Part shown: piece by piece, positions 1 through 5,309 of the stretch | Numbering within the stretch: the stretch's first letter is position 1 | Layout: each line of letters opens with the position of its first letter | Assembly (NCBI GenBank): GCA_030649345.1 | Contig: JAUSKK010000047.1 | Coordinates: 1 to 8,450 of the forward strand | Origin: Candidatus Iainarchaeum sp. | GTDB lineage: Archaea > Iainarchaeota > Iainarchaeia > Iainarchaeales > 0-14-0-20-34-12 | Direction of reading: 5' to 3' | Length of the DNA: 8,450 nucleotides | Notes under the pieces: generated by a model | What the model was told of the DNA's origin: nothing | What the model saw: the letters and a program-made list of their open reading frames with translations, nothing else | Databases searched by the model: none | Translations under genes and position numbers: made by a program

Positions 1-13
1 CCCATACAGTTTT

Positions 14-631
14 TTATTCTCCAGGTTGTAATGCCGATGAATCAATACCGTTTTTCATTTTTTTATCTATGGCACAAGATTCTAACAAACCCACTGGATT
101 TCTGGGATTGCTGGTTCTTAATCCAAAAGTATTCGAATATCCTTGATAAATATTTTCAAAATCACTGGTTAACCAAGCAATGGGTTGTGTTCCCAAATTT
201 TTTACAGTTAAATTTAATAAAATAAATTTGTAATCATATCCTTCTTCTACTTTAAGCAATCCATCTTCATCTATTTGCGTTCTATATTCCACTTTGTTTA
301 CTTGCAATTCAATATGGCCGTTGCTTAATTTTTCTCGCATTGCACCCGAAACATTTCTTTCTTGTGCATTTGCATTTCCTGTTTGTCGTTCTTCGAGTTC
401 TCTGGATGATTCTTCTATTTGTCTTTGCACAGCAGGATCAGATACTGTGTCCAAGAAATCTCGTGCTCCTTGTTCGCTGACTCCAGATTCTCGCGCAACC
501 TCTCTGGCAATTATGCCTTTAAGTGCTGGATCTAATTCATCGGATGTATTTGTTTCAGGCGTAGTTTGTGTACATCCAAAAATAAGTAAAACTAGACCAA
601 TTAAAAAAATGAATTTTAGCTTGTTTTTCAT
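14..631 (-). CDS. Secreted lipoprotein-like protein with DUF4352-like beta-sandwich C-terminal region (possibly truncated)
   Basis: ATG at 629-631, TAA at 14-16. The N-terminus MKNKLKFIFLIGLVLLIFG-C is a signal peptide ending in a lipobox-like motif (Cys codon 572-574). The C-terminal half (VNKVEYRTQ...YKFILLNLTVKNLGTQP...LQPGE) fits my recall of the DUF4352 pattern. A TATA-like box at 652-661 lies about 26 nt upstream of the ATG. Family call is from memory only. Confidence 0.72.
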   Translation of the reverse strand: MKNKLKFIFLIGLVLLIFGCTQTTPETNTSDELDPALKGIIAREVARESGVSEQGARDFLDTVSDPAVQRQIEESSRELEERQTGNANAQERNVSGAMREKLSNGHIELQVNKVEYRTQIDEDGLLKVEEGYDYKFILLNLTVKNLGTQPIAWLTSDFENIYQGYSNTFGLRTSNPRNPVGLLESCAIDKKMKNGIDSSALQPGE

Positions 632-647
632 TTAATTACTAAGAATT

Positions 648-923
648 TCAAATATTTAAATCTTTTGAGTATTCTTTAGTTTTTTTTTGATACAATGTTT
701 GTTTTTGTTTTCTGGAAAATTGTTTAATTGCATATTCTCGTTTGAGTGCTTGGCTTAAAGTTTCAAAAGTTTCAGAATAAACTAGTTTTACTGGTCTTCT
801 TTTTTTTGTGTATTTGGCTCCTTTTCCTTGATTGTGTATTTTTACTCTTTTTTCTAAATCTTTCGTGTACCCGCAATACAAAGTTTTGTCTCTGCATTCC
901 AATAAATAAACAAAAAAAGGCAT
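648..923 (-). CDS. GIY-YIG nuclease superfamily protein, catalytic domain only (UPF0213 / YhbQ-like)
   Basis: ATG at 921-923, TGA at 648-650. FVYLLEC...LYCGYT (GIY-YIG-type motifs), then KRVKIHNQGKGAKYTKKRRP and REYAIKQFSRKQKQTL, which closely parallel E. coli YhbQ (GKGAK...EYrvKQLtKrQK). 91 aa with no extra DNA-binding domain. Confidence 0.9.
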   Translation of the reverse strand: MPFFVYLLECRDKTLYCGYTKDLEKRVKIHNQGKGAKYTKKRRPVKLVYSETFETLSQALKREYAIKQFSRKQKQTLYQKKTKEYSKDLNI

Positions 924-943
924 AATGTATTTAGGGCTTTGAG

Positions 944-953
944 ATAAAAAATA
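944..953 (-). promoter_or_regulatory. TATA-like box for the GIY-YIG gene; the same T6 tract on the minus strand could terminate the upstream surface-protein gene
   Basis: Minus strand reads CTATTTTTTATC, centred about 26 nt upstream of the ATG at 923 and 20-25 nt downstream of the stop at 969-971. Confidence 0.4.
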
Positions 954-968
954 GAGAGTGCAATAAAC

Positions 969-2402
969 TTAATTTCTTGTGAATGTCAAGTTATCAATAT
1001 ATCCGCCATTTATACTTCCATTACAGCCTGAGTAATGTCCGACTAGATAACTGAAATCAATGTAGTTGCTATTTTCGGCAGCTGTTAATGTAATTGTTTT
1101 TTGTTGCCATGAATTGGTAAAAGGTAAATTGCCTGTAGTTGTTCCATAAAGTCCACTTCCATTTCCAGTTATTTCAGTTCCACCAATGGCTGCCATGTTA
1201 TAGTAACACGAATCTCCTTTATACCAAAATGAAAGTGTATATTGTGAATTTGGAATTACAGGCAAACAATTGTACATGGTTGCATTTGGGCAAGGAACAG
1301 TGCCAGTGTATGCTGAAAGTGTATAATCTCCTCCAATGCATTGTGCTGAATAAGATCCTTCATAAGCAGTATTCATATCTTGTGTGCATGTTCCAGTATA
1401 TCCTGGTTTTTTCACAAGCCACATGGCAGTACTGTTTTCAAATCCTGGATCTAAAAATTCTCCAGAAGTAAGCTGGCAAATTCCATTGGTTTGACATAAG
1501 CCGCTGGCACAACCACACGTTTGACAATTATTGGTTATGGTTCCATTTTGACAATATTGTGGTTTAGCTGTTGAACAAGAATTGTAACTTGTTCCATCTG
1601 AACAAGTTGGTGTCAGACAAGTTCCATTGTTGCATCCGTTGGTGCATGTTTGTGTTGTGTATTGGCATGTTCCGTTTACGCAGTTTCCGCTAGTTTTGCT
1701 GATGTTTCCATCGCAGGTGTTTGGGCAAGTGATTCCTGCACACAGGTTGGGTGTATTGGAATCGGTTGGAGTATTTGTGTCCGGTGTATTTGTATCTGTG
1801 GGTAAATTTGTGTCTGTTGGAATATTCATATCTGGTTGATTTGTATCCGTAGGTTGATTGGTGTCTATGGGTGTGTTAGTATCGGTTGGTGTATTTGTAT
1901 CTGTGGGTAAATTTGTGTCTGTTGGAATATTCATATCTGGTTGATTTGTGTCAGTAGGTTCATTGGTGTCTGTTGGTAAGTTGTTGTCGTCTCCACCTCG
2001 TGGTGTTCCAGTTCCGCTGTCGTTGGTTTGATCTCCGTTGTTTGATGTTGGTAAAGTATCTTCAGTACTGTCTGTTTTCATTGCACATTCTATTTTTTTT
2101 GTTTCCCAATCAATCCAAGCTATTGCTTCTTGTTGAGTTTGTTGATCCACAATTTGAACTCTGTAAACTTCTTTTGGGTTTACAGTTTTATTACAAGTAG
2201 CTTCCATTGCGGTTCGAATGCTTTCAAAATCAGCTTTCTCAAATAAAGTAAATGTTACTTCAGCATTTGGATATTGTTGTAAAAATTCATTGACTTGGAT
2301 ATTGGTTTTAGCAATATCTAAAGGTGTCTGGTTCAAGTCAGTACATCCAGCTAATGTAATTCCTATAAAAAATAATCCAAGCAGACAAAGTTTACTATTC
2401 AT
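969..2402 (-). CDS. Modular cell-surface lipoprotein: N-terminal two-Cys (PepSY-like?) domain, PTDTN repeat linker, Cys-rich module, C-terminal CBM4/9-like jelly-roll
   Basis: The ORF is open from 2462, but I place the start at the ATG at 2400-2402 (MNSKLCLLGLFFIGITLAG-C). That start gives a normal signal peptide plus lipobox (Cys codon 2343-2345). A TATA-like box at 2423-2433 sits 26 nt upstream of it. Modules: N-domain 2079-2342, PTDTN repeats 1743-1982, 16-Cys module 1473-1742. The C-terminal region 972-1472 (GEFLDPGFENS...W...YTLSFWYKG...WQQKTITL...GYIDNLTF) resembles carbohydrate-binding-module jelly rolls. Confidence 0.85.
   Translation of the reverse strand: MNSKLCLLGLFFIGITLAGCTDLNQTPLDIAKTNIQVNEFLQQYPNAEVTFTLFEKADFESIRTAMEATCNKTVNPKEVYRVQIVDQQTQQEAIAWIDWETKKIECAMKTDSTEDTLPTSNNGDQTNDSGTGTPRGGDDNNLPTDTNEPTDTNQPDMNIPTDTNLPTDTNTPTDTNTPIDTNQPTDTNQPDMNIPTDTNLPTDTNTPDTNTPTDSNTPNLCAGITCPNTCDGNISKTSGNCVNGTCQYTTQTCTNGCNNGTCLTPTCSDGTSYNSCSTAKPQYCQNGTITNNCQTCGCASGLCQTNGICQLTSGEFLDPGFENSTAMWLVKKPGYTGTCTQDMNTAYEGSYSAQCIGGDYTLSAYTGTVPCPNATMYNCLPVIPNSQYTLSFWYKGDSCYYNMAAIGGTEITGNGSGLYGTTTGNLPFTNSWQQKTITLTAAENSNYIDFSYLVGHYSGCNGSINGGYIDNLTFTRN
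1743..1982 (-). repeat. In-frame tandem repeat of 15-nt units (Pro-Thr-Asp-Thr-Asn) with a higher-order ~105-nt duplication
   Basis: Protein NLPTDTNEPTDTNQPDMNIPTDTNLPTDTNTPTDTNTPIDTNQPTDTNQPDMNIPTDTNLPTDTNTPDTNTPTDSNTPN. At the DNA level 1783-1844 is identical to 1888-1949 (62 nt). One 15-nt unit indel separates the copies: ATCGGTTGG occurs at 1761 and 1881 (offset 120), against an offset of 105 for the identical block. Confidence 0.9.
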
Positions 2403-2422
2403 TATGTGATTTTGATTTACTG

Positions 2423-2433
2423 TATATTTAATA
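2423..2433 (-). promoter_or_regulatory. TATA-like box for the 969..2402 gene
   Basis: Plus strand TATATTTAATA, centred 26 nt upstream of the ATG at 2402. Part of a 108-nt divergent promoter region. Confidence 0.45.
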
Positions 2434-2474
2434 CCGCTAGTTGTATTTGAGTATTCTTTCAAGAAAGTCAGCAG

Positions 2475-2487
2475 ATAATTTATTAAG
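2475..2487 (+). promoter_or_regulatory. TATA-like box for the 2511..3767 gene
   Basis: ATAATTTATTAAG, centred about 29 nt upstream of the ATG at 2511. Confidence 0.4.
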
Positions 2488-2510
2488 CTGAAAGTCTAGA
2501 TAGTTCTGTT

Positions 2511-3767
2511 ATGAATAAATACTTGCCAGTTCTTGTTGTTCTGTTGTTTTTCGGTTGTACTCAACAAAATATTGATCCAACAGTAGCTGTTGAGCTTATT
2601 CCAGAAGTGGCTGCCTATCTTGAAGCCAATCCAGACAGCAATATTGCTGTAGTCTATCAAGATACTTCAACTATTGAAGCCAATCAATCTTTTATTGAAA
2701 GCAAGTGTACGAACCCAATTCGCATTCAGCCTTATTATTATGTGCAAATATTTAATGCACGAGAACATGTTTATCTTTGGCTAAGTGAAAGCAATCAAGT
2801 TCATTGTTTTGCTAAAGAATCACTTATTTCGGTTGTTTCTGAAATTGTAAATCCAAAAACAGATCTCAATGCGCAAGATATGGATCAGTCTGAATCTTCT
2901 TCAACAACAGACTCGAATCAAGGTATGGATCAAAATAGAAATTTATTGGATGAAAATGCCACAATTTCTGTAAACGATTCCAATACTAGTACTCCTATAA
3001 TTTCAACAACCGATAGCAATGATTCAGCAGATTCTAATATTTCTTCTCAAACGGATTCCAATGTGCAATCTACTCCTACTTCGGATAATAATACTTCAGT
3101 AATTGTTCCTGTTTCGGATTCGAATTCTAATTCAGGAAACAATATTCCTGTTGTTCCAGATGCAAATCCTGGATTTTCGATAACCAATTTACAAGTTACA
3201 AATATTGGAGCCACCAGTGCAACTGTGTCTTGGATTACCAATTACAATACCAATGGAGAAGTTCGGTATAGTGGTGTGAGTGCAGAAGATGTTGCAAATG
3301 CAACTCCTGTTATTAATTTGAATTATGCGGCCAGTCATAACGTGATTTTGCTTTCTTTGAATCCAAATACTGCTTATTATTACAAAGTAACTTCTACAAC
3401 TGCGAATGGAGCTCAAACAGGTTCTAGTTCTATTGGTACTTTTACTACAACTGCACAGTCTGGTCAGGATTCTAATGTAATTATTGGAAATTTGTCTGTA
3501 TCTAACATTACAACATCCAGTGCAACTGTCAGCTGGACTACAGATATTGCATCTGATTCATTGGTGCGCATCAATTCCAGTAATGCTGCATTGAAAAGTT
3601 CAACAGACACGCAGTTTTATTCTGCAGACAGTGTTACTGCACACAACATACAACTTACAGGACTTTCTTCAGATTCTCTTTATTACTATTATGTTACGTC
3701 TGTGTCTGGAAGTAAAACAGGAATCAGTTCTTCAGGTGGATTTTACACCTATGCAAATACTAATTAG
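2511..3767 (+). CDS. Cell-surface lipoprotein: N-terminal two-Cys domain (paralogous to the 969..2402 N-domain), S/T/D/N-rich linker, two FN3-like domains
   Basis: MNKYLPVLVVLLFFG-C signal peptide plus lipobox (Cys codon 2556-2558). N-domain at 2571-2819. Low-complexity TDSN-type linker at about 2870-3170. There are two repeats of an FN3 / purple-acid-phosphatase-N-like pattern. Repeat 1 (3171-3449): NLQVTNIGATSATVSWITN...HNVILLSLNPNTAYYYKVTS...FTT. Repeat 2 (3477-3749): NLSVSNITTSSATVSWTTD...HNIQLTGLSSDSLYYYYVTS...FYT. Confidence 0.85.
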   Translation: MNKYLPVLVVLLFFGCTQQNIDPTVAVELIPEVAAYLEANPDSNIAVVYQDTSTIEANQSFIESKCTNPIRIQPYYYVQIFNAREHVYLWLSESNQVHCFAKESLISVVSEIVNPKTDLNAQDMDQSESSSTTDSNQGMDQNRNLLDENATISVNDSNTSTPIISTTDSNDSADSNISSQTDSNVQSTPTSDNNTSVIVPVSDSNSNSGNNIPVVPDANPGFSITNLQVTNIGATSATVSWITNYNTNGEVRYSGVSAEDVANATPVINLNYAASHNVILLSLNPNTAYYYKVTSTTANGAQTGSSSIGTFTTTAQSGQDSNVIIGNLSVSNITTSSATVSWTTDIASDSLVRINSSNAALKSSTDTQFYSADSVTAHNIQLTGLSSDSLYYYYVTSVSGSKTGISSSGGFYTYANTN

Positions 3768-3772
3768 AGACT

Positions 3773-3779
3773 AAAAAAA
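3773..3779 (-). terminator. Oligo-T (T7) terminator immediately downstream of tRNA-Tyr
   Basis: The minus strand reads ...discriminator A, AACC, TTTTTTT. Archaeal RNAP terminates at oligo-T tracts. This is the first T run of 5 or more in the tRNA sense direction. Confidence 0.6.
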
Positions 3780-3783
3780 GGTT

Positions 3784-4007
3784 TCCCGCCTCCCGGATTT
3801 GCACCGGGGACCTTCCGGTAACAGCTACTTAGTTTTGCTCAAGCTTTTTTTAAAAGCTTGTTGCGCTCATCCATTCTAAAATGGACTTAACAGTTTTTCC
3901 CTTACTGTTTTTATGCGAGTTTCTTTTGGGGAAACTTACACCTTTTCTTTCGCAAAGAAAAGGGGGAGAACTACAGCCGAACGCACTAACTACTGTGCTA
4001 AGGCGGG
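3784..4007 (-). tRNA. tRNA-Tyr(GUA): tRNA-Tyr (anticodon GUA), archaeal type, with a 151-nt intron at 37/38
   Basis: Exon 1 is 4007-3971 (37 nt) and exon 2 is 3819-3784 (36 nt). Acceptor CCCGCCU/AGGCGGG (7 bp, C1-G72), U8 A9, D stem GCAC/GUGC, D loop AGUAGUUA, G26. Anticodon stem UUCGG/CCGGA (one G-U), loop C-U-GUA-G-A, variable AGGUC. T stem CCCGG/CCGGG, T loop UGCAAAU, discriminator A73, no encoded CCA. G15/C48, U8/A14, U54/A58 and G53-C61 are all present. Confidence 0.85.
3820..3970 (-). other. tRNA intron (151 nt) at the canonical 37/38 position, highly structured
   Basis: Removing it restores a 7-nt anticodon loop and a 5-bp anticodon stem. Five hairpins are visible by eye (plus coordinates): 3941-3963 (10 bp, loop GCG), 3918-3936 (6 bp), 3889-3909 (5 bp), 3870-3885 (6 bp), 3840-3860 (9 bp, CAAGCTTTT/AAAAGCTTG). 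Confidence 0.8.
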
Positions 4008-4038
4008 ACTTTACACCTTTCTTTTGGTACTTGGCGTG

Positions 4039-4046
4039 TTAAAAAT
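4039..4046 (-). promoter_or_regulatory. Candidate TATA box for tRNA-Tyr
   Basis: The minus strand reads ATTTTTAA, 32-39 nt upstream of tRNA position 1. This is compatible with a TSS a few nt upstream of the mature 5' end. There is no other support. Confidence 0.35.
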
Positions 4047-4202
4047 GTAAACCAAAGTACTCTAATTAAACTAAGTAGGAAAGGTTTTAAAAGGCTAAAA
4101 GTTGGTTTTTTTTAGTAATGTCTGGTTTTTTTCAATATTTTGAACTTATTCGGGTAATAGTTCAAATATTTTTTCAATTATTTTTTTCTGATTGGTTTCG
4201 TC

Positions 4203-4237
4203 TTGAAAACACCTGATGTTTTCTAAATATTCAGGTG
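4203..4237 (-). terminator. Candidate terminator of the 4280..5251 gene (7-bp hairpin followed by T4 on the minus strand)
   Basis: CACCTGA (4210-4216) and TCAGGTG (4231-4237) are inverted repeats. On the minus strand the hairpin is followed by TTTTCAA. The T run is short, so confidence is low. Confidence 0.3.
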
Positions 4238-4279
4238 ACTTTACTGCTTCATCTTGGTGCCTGAATTTTTTACTTTATA

Positions 4280-5251
4280 TCATTGGTTGAGTTCATTCAA
4301 TAAGTTTTCTGTGAATTGATTTAGTTTTTCATTATTCACTTCTGTGGTTTGAACATTAAATATACAATTATCTCCGCCGGTGGGTGTCATTATGCTGACT
4401 ACATACAATCCTTGGCTGGCAAATATTATTTTTGGATTTCGGTATGCGGTTTGTTTTTCTTTAATTGTAAAAACATTGGTCAAAATAGGTGTTGTAGTTT
4501 CTTCCAGTAATTCTAAAGTATAATATGTGTAAAATTCTTTTGAATTTGTTTTTATTTTTTCTAACAGTGAACTAACTGCTTCTTCAGAAGTTAACTTTAC
4601 AACATCCAAATAATTTTTTGAAACACTGGATCTTGCATCTCCAGCCATTACTGGATATACAACTTCACTAGATCCACATGCTTTACTGCCCAAAAAACTA
4701 GGGTCATTGTCAGTGGCTGTTCCTTGGAATGTTTCACCGCATGTTGCTTCTATGGCAGTGTCTACTTTTTGGGCTATGCTATCACAATCCATTTCTTCCG
4801 AATAATTTTTAATGTCACGCCAACTTGTTAGTTGAATTGTTGATTCTTGATCTTGGGGCGGTGTAACTAAATCAGTTTCAGTTCTTGGGTTATTGTTTCG
4901 ATTTTCTGAATTCGGAAATGCGACATTTACTGTTATGGATTCTCCGGCAGTAACAACTGCAGTTCTAGTTTCAGTATATTCGCCTTGGGTAAATGTTAAT
5001 TCATACGTGCCTGGTTCAAGTTCTATAACTCCTGGTGTTCCAAATTGCTGGCTCATGCCTTGTATAGTTACTGTTGAATTAGGGTTACTTTGAAATGCAA
5101 TCATTCCTTTGGATTGGTCTGGCGAATTATCTTGATCGGTTGTGCTGGCTGTTGTATCTGTATTTGTTTGTTGGGTGCATCCAGAAATAATGAGTAGAAT
5201 AAGTGCGATTCCTAAAATTGCATGGATTGATTTAAATTTCAAATTTATCAA
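4280..5251 (-). CDS. Secreted lipoprotein-like protein with PEGA-like domain
   Basis: Signal peptide ...AILGIALILLIISG-C (Cys codon 5177-5179). No ATG precedes the signal peptide, so the start must be TTG (5249-5251, or 5240-5242). Residues 49-112 (4916-5107) read GMIAFQSNPNSTVTIQGMSQQFGTPGVIELEPGTYELTFTQGEYTETRTAVVTAGESITVNVAF. This fits the PEGA pattern (S-x-P..., G-x-TP, L-x-PG-x-Y). The C-terminal ~190 aa is unrecognised. TATA-like TTTAAATAG at 5278-5286. Confidence 0.8.
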   Translation of the reverse strand: MINLKFKSIHAILGIALILLIISGCTQQTNTDTTASTTDQDNSPDQSKGMIAFQSNPNSTVTIQGMSQQFGTPGVIELEPGTYELTFTQGEYTETRTAVVTAGESITVNVAFPNSENRNNNPRTETDLVTPPQDQESTIQLTSWRDIKNYSEEMDCDSIAQKVDTAIEATCGETFQGTATDNDPSFLGSKACGSSEVVYPVMAGDARSSVSKNYLDVVKLTSEEAVSSLLEKIKTNSKEFYTYYTLELLEETTTPILTNVFTIKEKQTAYRNPKIIFASQGLYVVSIMTPTGGDNCIFNVQTTEVNNEKLNQFTENLLNELNQ

Positions 5252-5309
5252 CTTTTCTATTATTTGGGGTTTTGTGGTTTAAATAGTTTTCCTGCTTTTA
5301 TTTTGAATA

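Noticed and set aside
31-635. Plus-strand ORFs 31..225 and 294..635
   Set aside because: They lie entirely antisense to the 14..631 lipoprotein ORF. Their sequences are Cys/Ser/Phe-rich and low-plausibility, with no signal, motif or promoter-like box. They are shadow ORFs.
648-923. GIY-YIG gene as a marker of a mobile element, homing system or defence locus
   Set aside because: It is only a 91-aa YhbQ-like catalytic domain. There is no DNA-binding extension, no flanking repeats, no integrase or transposase, and no partner genes. It lies ~2.9 kb from the tRNA intron.
1743-1982. CRISPR-like or satellite repeat array
   Set aside because: The period is 15 nt with no spacers. The array is in frame throughout a long ORF and encodes a coherent PTDTN peptide repeat.
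1139-2409. Plus-strand ORFs 1139..1471, 1627..1839, 1973..2200 and 2218..2409
   Set aside because: All are antisense shadows inside the 969..2402 gene. The 1627..1839 ORF simply reads the complement of the PTDTN repeat (VGVFVSG...).
2403-2462. 20-codon N-terminal extension (MKEYSNTTSGIKYTVNQNHI) of the large surface protein
   Set aside because: It would bury the signal peptide behind a polar leader and would overlap the TATA-like box at 2423-2433. The ATG at 2402 gives a canonical n-region/h-region/lipobox and correct promoter spacing.
3047-3416. Minus-strand ORFs 3047..3241 and 3189..3416
   Set aside because: They are antisense to the FN3-containing gene, whose frame shows clear domain repeats. 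There is no independent support.
3820-3970. C/D-box sRNA hosted in the tRNA intron, as in haloarchaeal tRNA-Trp
   Set aside because: There is a GAUGA-containing stretch (UGGAUGAG, plus-strand 3866-3873). However, I find no CUGA D box anywhere in the intron sense strand and no second C'/D' pair.
3820-3970. Group I self-splicing intron or intron-encoded homing endonuclease
   Set aside because: 151 nt is too short for a group I core and has no ORF. The host tRNA has archaeal identity elements, and the insertion is at the 37/38 site typical of protein-spliced archaeal introns.
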